Positions 26,781 through 38,520 of a stretch of 64,000 nt of DNA are shown in pieces. The notes beneath the pieces were generated by a model. The model was not told the DNA's origin, ran no database searches, and was given only the letters and a program-made list of their open reading frames with translations. Made by a program: the position numbers and the translations under genes. The stretch is taken from contig NC_043000.1 of NCBI RefSeq assembly GCF_006345805.1, positions 115,258,001-115,322,000 of the forward strand, in the 5' to 3' direction. Numbering within the stretch: the first letter of the stretch is position 1; each line of letters starts with the position of its first letter. Source of the stretch: Octopus sinensis. Taxonomy: Eukaryota.

Positions 26781-28339
26781 TCCCCTACCTATTTTGACAG
26801 TCTACCCTCCCCCCATCTCCACTCATTCACCTTCTTATATAATCTTATTTCTTTATTGCCCACAAGGGGACAAACACAGACAGACAAATGGATTAAGTCG
26901 ATTAGATTGACCCCAGTGCATAACTTGTACTTAATTTATCAACCCCGAAGGGATAAAAGGCAAAGTCGACCTCAGTGGAATTTGAACTCAGAATGTAGTG
27001 GCAGACGAAATACCGCTAAGCATTTCGCCCAGTGTGCAAGCGTCTCTGCCAGCTTGCCGCCTTATACAATCTTACAAACCATCCACTTCTACTCAGACTT
27101 TGCCTGGGTGGCAGGGTTCCCCTGAGTACCTTCCTACCATTCTATGCCTTGCAGCGCATGCAGGTCTCTCTGTAGGAACCGGCTGTACCCCCACCCAGTC
27201 TATATCATAAAGTAATTGGCGATAGGAAGGACACCCAGCTACAAAACCCATGATAAAGCTGACATTGGAATTCAATGCAGTCCTTGGACACATCAATTTC
27301 TTTCAAGCTGTCCAACCCATGCCAGCATAGAGCATGGACATTAAATGATGAAAGCAACAATGATAGTGAAGGTGAGACTAAGTAAATTGTTCTTCGTTAA
27401 ATCTACCAGATTGCTATCCAATCCACTTTACAGACACCATTTTAGTTGTATGTCAGCCTGGGGTCAATGGCTGCTTCTATCTGAGAGAGATTTTTTTGAC
27501 TTTCAGAGCTTTGCTGAGAAACAATTCCAACTGATGCACAAATCTCAGGGTATTTGTTGATCTTGATAAGCAGTTCAGATTTCAGAACAGATTCACATTC
27601 AAAAGTGACCACTGTTCCAGTATGTCTCTTTAAATCAGTCTCCTGCTGTGTAAGTGTTTAACGGAATGTCAGTCTTTAGTATTACAGATGAGATCCAATC
27701 AGGCTCACAGAATGCTTTTTTTTAATTTTATTTTCTGCAGTGTTTCAAGGATGCTGAACACAGTGAAAAGGCTAGTTTCAAAGACCCAGAGGTGACGTGT
27801 TGAGCTTCTGTGTGAGGAATCAGTCACTTAGAGTTGATGGTCTGCTTCAGGGCCATTTTAGCAGTGTTATAAGCCTCTGCAGTGTAATAAGCCAATGCAC
27901 TGGGCCCTATATTATTTATTTATTTACAAAAAACAACTTCATATAAAGATTAGAATTTGGCCCCAAGATGTATGGGGCCTGCCCATACCTTAAGATGTTA
28001 CTGGTCAGCTCAGCAAGCTACATCATTATGTACCAGATATTTTGCTAGTGTCTTATCTGACATCTGTTACATCTGGCAACTGGAGGCTCAGGAACAGGGG
28101 GTGCACTTGCACGCTCTATAATTGTTTGGGAACAATGAAAGTATTGTGAACATTCTCCTGGGAAACTTCAAACCCCTAACTCTGTTAATCATAGAATTAA
28201 AGGTGGTACTGGCAACGGCCACACTCAAATGGTGTTTTTTATGTGCCACCTGCACAGGAGCCAGTCCAGCGGCACTGGCAATGACCTCGCTTGAATGTTT
28301 TTTAATATAATGATAATAATAATAATAATAATAATAATA

Positions 28340-28760
28340 ATTTGTTCTTTATTTGCTACAAAGAGCTCATGCATATATAAAGCGTCAAAACATATAGGCT
28401 ACAAAATATGTGTGATGTTTGACAATAGAAAATGTAAAAACAAAACTAAACACTGCATGGCTCACAATACACAAAATTGGGATCACTTGTGTAGTAAACA
28501 CAGACAATATAAATAAAACTACTGAAGTAACAACAACAATAACAATAGTAGTGAGTAAAAATCTTGAGAAGTACATGGAAGAAATAGGTACTGCAATAAG
28601 AGTGGAGCACTTGCAGAAAATAGCACTGTTTGGAACTGTTCAAATACTCCAGATGGTGCTCGAAAAATAAGGGGTGTTACCTTAGTTCACTGGTAGTGAA
28701 CAGCTGATACTGTAGTACATTTCCAGCATTAGAAGCTGTGCAAAGACAATAAGAAGAAGA
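28340..28760 (+). mobile_element. R4/Dong-like LINE 3' remnant
   Basis: VSKNLEKYMEEIG...EHLQKIALFGTVQILQMVL; preceded by an (AAT)n tract. Confidence 0.6.
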
Positions 28761-29354
28761 AGAAGAAAGAAAATACTTGTAAACTGATAGATGTAAGTAT
28801 TTAATAAAAATACATTTGTCAAGGAATTCGACAGGATCACTAAATATAAGGATCCAGAAATTGAAATACAAAAGTTGTATTTCAATTCTCATGAGTCTTT
28901 CTTGCTGCCTTAATAATAATAATAATGATAATAATAATAATGATAAGAGCACTCAGAGAGCGCAAACCTCCGCCAAGGCAACACCAACATCCTCTCAACG
29001 ATTAGCTACAGATGATTTTTAAAATGAGAATATCCGAAATAAACTCAACTGCTTTCTTAAACAAGAATACTAAAAATGAACCCAACCACTTTCAAAAATA
29101 AGTAAAAAAACTAGAAAAATAATCCAGACCCCTTGTCTGGAACCAGATCAATCCCAAAATCTAATCAGTTCGTGCCAGTCATGAGGCCAAACATCCTTGA
29201 AAGTTTCATCTGAATCCATCCAGCAGTTCTTGAGATATCTTGTCCAAGGACAAACAAACAAATAAACACAATTGAAAACAATACCTCTACCTTTTTATAA
29301 GGCGGAGGTAATAATAATAATAATAATGATAATAATAATAATGATAATAATTAG

Positions 29355-29600
29355 ACATGATACCAATAGTAATTGGTGCACTTGGAAGTATCAGCATTCA
29401 ACTACAAACATGGCTTAAAATGATTGGTGCAAGTGTGAAGGTAGAACACCTACAAAAGTCAGCATTGCTTGGAACTGCAAGAATTCTTCACTATGTTCTT
29501 GAAGCATGACCAGTAAAACAAGTGTCACCTTAGTCTGCTGGCTGTGGACAGCTGACACTTTCCATCATACCCAGCAATATAAGCTGCAGGTTTTAATACA
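29355..29600 (+). mobile_element. R4/Dong-like LINE 3' remnant
   Basis: PIVIGALGSI...VEHLQKSALLGTARIL; flanked by (AAT)n on both sides. Confidence 0.65.
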
Positions 29601-29698
29601 ATAATAATAATAATGAACTTCCAATTTGTTGTCTCTTGAGGTCTCTGGGTGAGACTTGGAGCCAACTTGTACAAATGTAAAGCAAAAGTCAAACATAG

Positions 29699-29729
<31 letters not shown>

Positions 29730-29804
29730 TAATAATAATAATAATTATAATAATAATCATGATGATGATGATGATGATGCGGCAGGCTGAGATTAAGTAT
29801 TATT

Positions 29805-29966
29805 TTAAAGTTCATCTTTCTTTTTTGAGAATCTAGAATTGAGAACTTTCACGACCACCATCAGTTTGTCAGGAGAAAAATTATCAATTTCATGACGAGT
29901 CATATAATCTTTGTCTTTTTTTGCCATCTTCCAGAAGACTTCCAACGCAGGGGGTCTTTTGTTGTC
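29805..29966 (-). CDS. JmjC/Cupin_8 KDEL protein, terminal coding exon 8
   Basis: acceptor tattttacag|; DNKRPPALEVFWKMAKKDKDYMTRHEIDNFSPDKLMVVVKVLNSRFSKKKDEL*; ends in KDEL; degenerate EF-hand-like segment. Confidence 0.9.
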   Translation of the reverse strand, partial: DNKRPPALEVFWKMAKKDKDYMTRHEIDNFSPDKLMVVVKVLNSRFSKKKDEL

Positions 29967-31554
29967 CTGTAAAATACATAGAACATAATTTGGTAAATTT
30001 AATGTTTTGAATAAAATTTTTTTTCAATCACAATTCAGTATTTGCTTTGCAAGATTCTTGGTGTGAACTTGTGTGTTAAAGCAAATTTTGTTGTATCTAG
30101 GCTTACTAAGAATAAGTCAAGGGGTCAATTTGCTCGACTAAAGGCGGTGCTCCAGCATGGCCACATTCAAATGACTGAAACAAGTAAAAGAGAAAAGAGT
30201 TAAGAATAAAATGTACTGCTGAAATTAGGGTGCATCTTATATGCTCTGCACTTTAATACCAGTGGCTCCCAACCTATGTATGGTCCACAGACCCCTGATG
30301 GTCCGCAATGGTAGTACTGGGTTTGTGAACTAAATTCAAAATTTCATATATATATAAATACATATATGTGGAGGCACAATGGCCCAATGGTTAGGGCACC
30401 TAAAGCTCCACGTGGCTCCAGCAGGGGATGGTGGCGAACCCTGCTGTACTCTTTTGCCACAACTTTCTCTCACTCTTTCTTCTGTTGGCCTGCTCGCTTA
30501 GCCAGCGGGGTGGCATCATTTGAAGGCTAAAACAATGCGAAGCGTATTGTGACCAGCAATGTGTAGCAACATCTGATAGCCTGGTCGGTCACAGTGACCA
30601 CGGTGATATATATATATACACACAAAAAAAAAGGTGCAGATAAGGGCAGCTGCATTAAACTCTCTCATGCACCAAATGTCAATTGTTGCTAAAAAGCATT
30701 CGCGAAGTAAAATCATGTAGCAACACCAAATGGCAGTGCCCCGGCATGGCCACAGCTTGTGAGCTGTAACTAGATGAAATAAAAATAAAAAATAGGGATC
30801 ATCATTATGCCAATAATAAATGCATGCTCATCATCAGGAGAACACACCAGATGGAAAATAACCGATACTAAGAGGCAGAGATCAGACATCAAAGATGCAA
30901 AAAGTGACTTATACTTCCTTGTTCTATGCCACCTCCATCCCCTGCAATATTTTGACAAATTAAATTTAAATGTTGAAGTGAATCTAACGGTTTTGTGTGT
31001 TTCTTAAATGGCTTATAAACACCTTCCATGCTGCAATTGTTTTCGTTCCAGCACGCGATCTCAGATCAAGTCACTCGCTATGCAAGTACATCTCCGTAAT
31101 ATATATATATATATATTAAATAATTAAAATTTTGAATTTTATATTTTATATATTTTGTATATTATATTAATTAATTTTATTTCTATGTTTTGGTTTATGT
31201 TTTTCACTGTTTGATTTGCCTAAATAGTGGTTTTATCTCTAAATTAATTTAATATATATATGTATATGTATTGGGTTGGCAACTAAGTTCCTGCCGGATT
31301 TTAAATTTAAATGTTTTAAAATGTTTAATAAAAAATAACAACTAATTAATCAATAATAATATGGTAACAAAAGGGTTAAAGGGAATTATTTTTAAAATGG
31401 ATTGAAGGGATGGCATTATGAGGTGTGTATGTTGAAATGAAATATAACAAAAGGGTTCAAGTGACCTAGATTAAAACTTTCCCTCAACATTTAATATTAA
31501 TTTATGTTCCCTATGAAACAGGGTAACAAAAGGGTTAAAAAAAATCATACTCAC

Positions 31555-31677
31555 TTGCTTTAAAGCCATGTCATAAAAATGTTCAAACTGGTGAAAAGAA
31601 AGTCTGTCTCCAGCTCCTAGCAAAAGTTGTAGAAGTTTCTGGAAACTTTCTGGGCTGAATTTTAAATTAGATAGTTG
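31555..31677 (-). CDS. JmjC/Cupin_8 KDEL protein, coding exon 7
   Basis: acceptor ttttctttccag|; QLSNLKFSPESFQKLLQLLLGAGDRLSFHQFEHFYDMALKQ; donor |GTGAGT; 123 nt, phase 0 to 0. Confidence 0.85.
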
Positions 31678-32323
31678 CTGGAAAGAAAATCAGAAGCAAA
31701 AATGGTAAAATGGTATTACTACCAATGTTGGTGACCTATTGTTAATGTCATATGAAGGCATTTATGGTTAAACAACCCACTTAAAATCCCCAGGTGTATT
31801 ATACTCAAGGGTGGACTATACTCGAGGATTTACAGTAGTTTCTATGGCCTGATGCCCTGCCTAACACCAACCACTTTACAGAGTGTACTGGGTGCTTTTC
31901 CATTCTTTCTGGGTTTTTTTGTAACTCTAGCATTAGTGGGGTCATCGAGCACCTTGCAAGACAAAGAAAGGAAAAGAAAAGCACACCCCCCTCTCCACTG
32001 AGTGGGAGTGTATTTGAGAGAGGGAGGGAGGTGGCTTTGTGCTTGGTGTTGAAGACTAATATATGATAGAGGGATAAACACAGGGGTCTTCTTATAAAGG
32101 GGATATATGACTACCCCCACTTTCTGTAAGGCTAGTTGAGAGTAGCTGAGAAAAGGGATAAAGATGGTGGTGACAGAGTACCAGTGTATACCCTCAAGTT
32201 ACAAGAATGTGAGTATAAGGGAAAATATGTCTTTGTACTTTTGTTTATACCCTCCCCACTCTGCTTGACGACTGATGATGGTTTGTTTACATCCCTGTAA
32301 CTTAATGCTTTAGTAAAAGAAAT

Positions 32324-32875
32324 TGTGGTGTTTGTAGTGCTATGGGCTGCGATGGAGCTATGTGGTGTTGGTGGAGGGGATTGCAGATGAGGTGGACGGA
32401 AGTAAGGCTTGCAGGGGCTGGTGAGACAGGCAGAGGGCATACGTGGGGGCAGTTCGAGCAGAGATGGCAGAGAGACAAGACATGTTTAATTTGTGAGAGT
32501 GACCGCTGATTTCGCTGAGGTCAACAGGTAAGGCCTTTTGTATTTCTTTCTCCCGTTTGCTTCTTTTTTTTAGGGGCCAAAATAGCTTGTAGTGTGATGG
32601 AAAAAAAGGACAATAGAAAATGAAGTAAATGGGAGAAAGAAATACAAAAGGCCTTACCTATTGACCTCAGTGGAATCAGTGGTCACTCTCACAAATTAAA
32701 CATGTCTTGTCTCTCTGCCATCTCTGTTCAAACTGCCCCATGAGCTTCCTGCCCATGCATGCCCTCTGCCTGTCTCACCAGCCCCTGCAAACCTTACTTC
32801 CATCCACCTCATCTGCAATCCCCTCCACCAACACCACATAGCTCCATCACATCCTATAGCACTACTAACATCACA
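32324..32875. mobile_element. Fold-back MITE with ~245-bp arms, TGT...ACA ends and 5-bp TSD (Ginger-like)
   Basis: arms 32324-~32567 and ~32617-32875; GAAAT duplicated at 32319 and 32876; interrupts a SINE. Confidence 0.8.
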
Positions 32876-33027
32876 GAAATTGATAGAATAAATATCAGAT
32901 TTTTAAAATACAAGTACTGGGGTTGATTTCTTCAACTAAAAACCCTTCAAAGGCGGTGCTCCAGCATGGCTGCAGTTCAATGACTGAAGCAAGTTAAAGA
33001 TTAATGATTAAAGCTCAAAGAATTTAC

Positions 33028-33191
33028 CTTATGCCCTCCAGTGAATGTCCATAAGAAATTGGCATCTGTAAGTTTAAATGTTTTTTGGACTTCATCTCCA
33101 AAGCAGCCCCTTAGATCAAACTGAGTAGAGGGCGAAAAGTGGATTGTATAGGAAATGGCTCTTCCGTAAGATCTCACCTGATGCAAGTATT
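33028..33191 (-). CDS. JmjC/Cupin_8 KDEL protein, coding exon 6
   Basis: acceptor tctcttccacag|; (E)YLHQVRSYGRAISYTIHFSPSTQFDLRGCFGDEVQKTFKLTDANFLWTFTGGHK; donor |GTAAAT; HQVRS carries the distal His; phase 1 to 0; the other two frames contain stops. Confidence 0.93.
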
Positions 33192-34283
33192 CTGTGGAAG
33201 AGAATAAAATAATAATACATCCAATGACACAAAATGGTAAAACAGAAGATTATGAGATACATTCCAGGGGTTTTGTGACTTTTTTAGGGGAGACAGTTAT
33301 AACGGTTCTAGGTTATTGTCATCATCATCATCATCAAAGTTTCTACAGCTAGATGCCCTTCCTAATACCAACCACTCTGAGAGTATAGTGTGTGCTTTTT
33401 ATGTTCCACCAGCACAAGGACCAGTCAGGCAGTACTGGCAATATATATATATCATCATCATCATCATCATTATCATCGTTTAATGCCCGCTTTCCATGCT
33501 AGCATGGGTTGGACAATTTGACTGAGGTCTGGCGAACCAGACGGCCGCACCAGGCTCCAATCTGATCTGGCAGAGTTTCTACAGCTGGATGCCCTTTCTA
33601 ATACCAACCACACGTGTAGTGGGTGTTTTTACATGCTACTGGCACGAGGGCCAGTCTGGCGGTACTGGCAACGGCCACACTCAAATGGTGCTTTTTATGT
33701 GCCACCTGCACAGGAGCCAGTCCAGTGGCACTGGCAACGACCTCACTCGAATGTTTTTTACACGTGCCACCAGCACAAGTGATAGTAAGGCGACGCAGGT
33801 AACGATCACGCTTGAATGGTGTTTTTATGTGCGATCGGCACAGAGGCCAGCTTGTTGCTCTGGCAACAATCTCACTTGTATGGTACTCTTAGCGCTCCAC
33901 TAGCACGGATGTCAGTCATCGAATTTGATTTCGATTTCAATTCCGATTGTGTTTCTAGTATATTATTACTATGCATCTTATATGTGGAGGCACATGGCCT
34001 GGTGGTTAGGAGTATTAGACTCATGATCGCAAGATTGTGGTTTCAGTTCTGAGACCAGGCAATGTGTTGTGTTCTTGAGAAAAACCCTTTTTATCACATT
34101 GCTTCAGTCCACTCAGCTGGCAAAAAGGGGTAAATGCTGCAATGGACTGGTGCTTACCCATGAGGAAATATATAAATCAGAGAAACCAAGAAACTGGCTC
34201 TCTGCTCCTCATGGAGTAATGTGGGCTAATCATATATCATATATATGTCTAATAATATATATGTCATATATACGTCTAATAAG

Positions 34284-34530
34284 TGGAGGCGCGTGGCTTA
34301 GTGGTTAGGGTGTTGGCATCATGATCGTAAGATTGTGGTTTCGATTCCTGGACTAGGCGATGCGTTGTGTTCTTGAGCAAATCACTTCATTTCACGTTGC
34401 TCCAGTCCACTCAGCAGGCAAAAGTGAGTAATGCTGCGATGGACTGGCGTCCCGTGCAGCTGGGGAACACATACACCATAGAAACTGGGAAACTAGGCCC
34501 ATTAGCCTGGCTAGGCTTTAAAAGGGCGCA
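34284..34530 (+). mobile_element. SINE family C, representative copy (others at 33985, 30369, 59030-59270, 60630-60870)
   Basis: ggaggcgcgtggcttagtggttagg...ggtttcgattcc A/B boxes. Confidence 0.75.
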
Positions 34531-34599
34531 TTTATTTTATTTTATACGTCTAATAACTTTTGTTATTCCAGATTGAAGGAGGCAGCTGTAACTGTACTT

Positions 34600-35260
34600 T
34601 GAACACACCTTACTAAACACAGTTTTTCACATCTGACTTGTTTGTAGAATGCAGTCAGAATGTAAATTTGGAAGCTTGTTATGCAATAAAGTCTTGTGTT
34701 AAATTGGGTGAAAATGTAACAGAAACTTATAAAATGCTTCAGACTACTTATGGATCTGTTTTTTGCTGACACAAGAGATCAGACAGAGCAAGTCCAACCG
34801 GAAGTCCATGCTGATCCCCTTTTCCAACAGCAAGGGATTTTATCTACATCTACTGGCTTTCCTCTGACCAGATGGTCAACAAAGAGTACTTTGTAGAGGT
34901 TTTGAGGGAGTTCAGGAAGAAGTTTTGTTGCAAAAGGCCAGAGTACCAGGATAATGTACAACAAGTGCACAATTCCATTCTGGTAATCAACTACTTGATG
35001 CAGATAGGTATCAATACAGTCTCCTACTCTCCCTACAGTCCATACCTGGCTCCCTGTGACTTTCACATTGTTTCCCAGGTTGAAGAAGATGATGAAGGCT
35101 GTGACAAACTTGCAGCTTGGAGGACTTTCAGGGACCTTCATAAAGTGACTGGAATGCTATGACAAAGTATATTGAAGCCAGAGGATCCAACATTGAAGGA
35201 GATTAGAGTTTTGTACTTCTTTGAAATTAATACATGTCTCTCCTAAAAAATCCGCAAAAC
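34600..35260 (+). mobile_element. Internally deleted, decayed mariner transposon
   Basis: YAIKSCVKLGENVTETYKML (HTH), VNKEYFVEVL, PYSPYLAPCDF (YSPDLAPCDF motif). Confidence 0.85.
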
Positions 35261-35709
35261 TTTCACCTTGGATGAGGAGGTGCTGTTCTACAGACTTATA
35301 CAGCAGACCTAGAGATGCTACTATCGTAAAAGCATCACCTGGAATACAGCCTCTCAGCTCCCCCCATTCCCCTCTACTAAGGGATAAAGATGGAACAATC
35401 GTAATTGGATTCTTTGCTCACAATCAGGACTGATTTTGAGCTAAACAATGACAAGAATTTAATAAGATATATAGGTTATATTTCATTTTTGTATTTGGTT
35501 TGCAAGATTCTTGATGTGAATTCATCTTGTTGGAATAAATATTGAAACAAGGTGAAGTCACCAAAAAAGGTCATGAACAAGGACAAAAGAACTTTGACTA
35601 ACAAACAACTGGTTGATTCTACAGTTCTATATTTAAGAGACGAGGAATTATGTACATAATTTCTATTATTTACATTTGACAGATATTTGTCCTCATCATA
35701 TTTGTTGTT

Positions 35710-35755
35710 AACACAACGTTTTGGCTTATATACACTCTAGCCTTCATCAGGTGTC
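35710..35755 (-). ncRNA. Hammerhead motif, degenerate (GAAA changed to AAAA)
   Basis: gacac-ctgatga-aggct...agcc-aaaac-gtt-gtgtt. Confidence 0.5.
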
Positions 35756-36102
35756 TTGGGAAAATTTTAAACCTGGATTCTCATTCTTAAGGCATTTGTC
35801 ATTGTTGTCGGTGACATTGGCAGTGGCAGCGTCGTCTTTGTCATCAGCGGTGGCAGCGGCAGAATCAAACTTTGAATCTTGGGGTTAGTAGCCCACACTC
35901 TTAACCACTATGCCATATGCCAATGGGCATTTATGGAATGTATTTCAGGGCTTATAAATCTTATATTTTTCTATCCTTTCTTAATACCGATTCCCATATA
36001 CTGCTCATATCTGCACTCGGTCTGCTTAGGAGGTTATTATATAATAATAACAACATCGAAAAATACCTTAGGAATGAGAACCAAGGTTTGAAATTTCCCC
36101 AA

Positions 36103-36148
36103 GACACCTGATGAAGGCTGGAAGGTATATCAGCTGAAACGTTGTGTT
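36103..36148 (+). ncRNA. Minimal type I hammerhead ribozyme motif
   Basis: GACAC-CUGAUGA-A-GGCUG(loop)CAGCU-GAAAC-GUU-GUGUU; stem I GACAC/GUGUU; loop-less palindromic stem III AACGUU. Confidence 0.65.
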
Positions 36149-36432
36149 AACAAGAAACAAGATGAGGACAAATATGTCAAATATGTAAATAATGTAAATA
36201 ACTGGTTGATTGTTTAACCAATTCCTTAAACAAATGATTGATTAGTTGGTTAGATATTAAACCAATTAACTAACAGTAAAGAACCAGTGCATGTGGTATA
36301 ATAAATGGCTTAATGATTCTCTGAAGACACAACAAAATATAGATTGTAGTAAGTGAGATTCCAATACTCAGAAAAAGGATTAATCCATTCCTGGGTTTTA
36401 TGAATGTTTGTAAGATAATGTAACATACATAC

Positions 36433-36565
36433 CAGCCGGTATATACAGACAATCTCCACCATAGAGACTAGCATATACCCATGGGGTTTTTGCAAAGTTG
36501 GTATGTTTGAACATGTTTATTTTGTTCATGTCCAGTGGAGAATGACCAGAAATTGATGTGGGATA
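36433..36565 (-). CDS. JmjC/Cupin_8 KDEL protein, coding exon 5
   Basis: acceptor ttatttttcag|; YPTSISGHSPLDMNKINMFKHTNFAKTPWVYASLYGGDCLYIPA+G; donor |GTATGT; GDCLYIP JmjC motif; phase 0 to 1. Confidence 0.93.
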
Positions 36566-36923
36566 CTGAAAAATAAAAACAAAAATTCGTGATTTTGCTT
36601 TGCTTTAGTTTATTTATTTATCATTTCACTCTTTCACTTGCTTCTCTCACTGGACTGTCGCCATGCTGGGGTAAGCTACATACTACATGGCCACTATATA
36701 TCTATGTGTATTTCTTTTCATTTGTCTAGCTCGTAAACATCTAGCGTTTTGCTTATTTGAGAACACAGATTTCGTGATAAGATGGTTTGACATCTATTTT
36801 TAGTATACAAGGGATCCACATAGTGGTCTCTCCTATTGTTTATATTTAAATAGAATTCATGGTCCTTGGACGTTTTTTAAGTATGCTGACCACTGGTTGA
36901 AACTATTCTTATTATATAATTAT

Positions 36924-36958
<35 letters not shown>

Positions 36959-37168
36959 CATCATCATTGTTTAGCGTCCACTTTCCATGTTGGCATGGGT
37001 TGGACGGTTTGACTGGGGGCTGGCAAGCCAGATGGCTGCACCAGGCTCCAATCCAATCTGGCAAAGTTTCTACAGCTGGATGCCCTTCCTAATACCAACC
37101 ACTCTGAGAGTGTAGTGGATGCTTTTTACATTCCACTAGCACGAGGGCCAGTCAGGCGGTACTGGCAA

Positions 37169-37216
<48 letters not shown>

Positions 37217-37217
<1 letters not shown>

Positions 37218-37670
37218 TACCACTAGTGCTAGCCAAGCATTTTTGGTCTTTCATGAAAATCCCTCTCTCTTGTCATTTACTTGATCTAACTCGTTAATCA
37301 TTCTCTGCATTTCTCAAATCAAAAAAGCATGCACGTTTGAAAGCCAAAACACATGATAACGCATCTTCGCAAAACACAAAAATGCGCAGAGTCATACAGA
37401 CTGTCTGCAAATGTGCATGCGCATTCAACTGTTGGGCATAAGGGGTCGGTTTATCGATTTTTTTAATGGCTTTCTGGAGTGACTGGGAAAATGAAAAGAT
37501 CTTCACGGCCACCCTCAGACAGTTTTGAAAGCCCATAGAAAATGCGAGCCTTTTACGTGAAAAACTGTGGATTTGTATAAAGGACACACAGACATACAGA
37601 TCTGCCCTATTTTTCAATTCCTGGCAGCAATACTGATACACAGACATTTTGCCATTTATACATATAGAGA
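37217..37670 (-). mobile_element. Possible second-family non-autonomous Helitron
   Basis: 5' end tctctatatgtataaatggcaaaatgtctgtgt resembles the other Helitron 5' ends; 3' end degenerate. Confidence 0.45.
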
Positions 37671-37958
37671 TATATATAAATTCTTTAATTTTTTGCTCTT
37701 CCTAATACCAATGACTACAGCTAGCATCTAGTTGCCATCTATACCCTGAAAACCAGCACAGCTGCCCATCCCAACCAGCTAGTGAGGTCCTGTGGAACCT
37801 CCATCCCATGCTAATATAGAACACGGATGTCAAATGATAAAAGAGAGGGAGAGAGAGAGAGCAGAGAGAGAGAGAGAAGGGAGAGCAGGGTAAGAGAGAG
37901 AGAGCAAGGAGAGACAGACAAAAAGAGAGAAAGTAATGTAGACAACAGCCTCACAAAC

Positions 37959-38150
37959 CTCTTCCACAAATTCGAAATTTTTCTTGTATTCCTTTTTCAT
38001 GAGAATAAAATCTCGACGTCCAAACTGCAAACAGTGTAGAATATGATCGGAATGACTGTGTAGTTGGGTATTGGCAAAACCACTGCTAATCCATAACTCA
38101 GACTCAAGCAGACGGTGGAAATAAGATCCACAACTGAGACATTGAGGAAT
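37959..38150 (-). CDS. JmjC/Cupin_8 KDEL protein, coding exon 4 (metal-ligand strand)
   Basis: acceptor attttag|; IPQCLSCGSYFHRLLESELWISSGFANTQLHSHSDHILHCLQFGRRDFILMKKEYKKNFEFVEE; donor |GTTTGT; 192 nt, phase 0 to 0. Confidence 0.92.
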
Positions 38151-38299
38151 CTAAAATATTTAAATGAAAATTATTATAAATCTGAAATTAACCCTTTAGC
38201 ATTCAAACTGACCATATCCAGCTCAAATATATTCTACCAGTTTTATGTTCAAACCAGTCAGATCCAGCCTCTTGCATCTTTCCTACAATGTCATTTTAA

Positions 38300-38520
38300 C
38301 CCTTTCGTTACCAACCCGGCTGAAACCACCTCTGGCTCTGTAGTACAAATGTGTTGTTTCCATAAGTTTTGAATTAAAATCTTCCACCAAACCTTAGTCA
38401 CAATTTATGTTCCTAACACTAGCTTAATGATAACTAAGTTATTTTACTAAATTCTTTGTTATATTGAAAGTAATTGAAAGAAACACAGAGCATCTCAACA
38501 GAAATACAGAAACGAAAGGG
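38300..38520. mobile_element. piggyBac-type MITE nested in another TTAA-CCCTTT element
   Basis: TTAA TSD at 38296 and 38521; same family as 7675-7896. Confidence 0.82.

Larger units (their letters stand above)
35619..36199. mobile_element. Hammerhead- and tRNA-containing retroelement with inverted arrangement and 12-bp TSD
   Basis: AACTGGTTGATT at 35607-35618 and 36200-36211; minus-strand leader-tRNA-spacer-HHR unit plus an inverted HHR module. Confidence 0.7.

Noticed and set aside
30815-30845. CTGATGA on the minus strand
   Set aside because: No stem II-GAAA or stem I partner found
35861-35921. Functional tRNA gene (anticodon ACT)
   Set aside because: No acceptor stem or terminator, degenerate T arm, and embedded in a repeat
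37601-37636. ~35-bp near-identical match to 38859-38894
   Set aside because: Too short to interpret and both copies lie inside repeats
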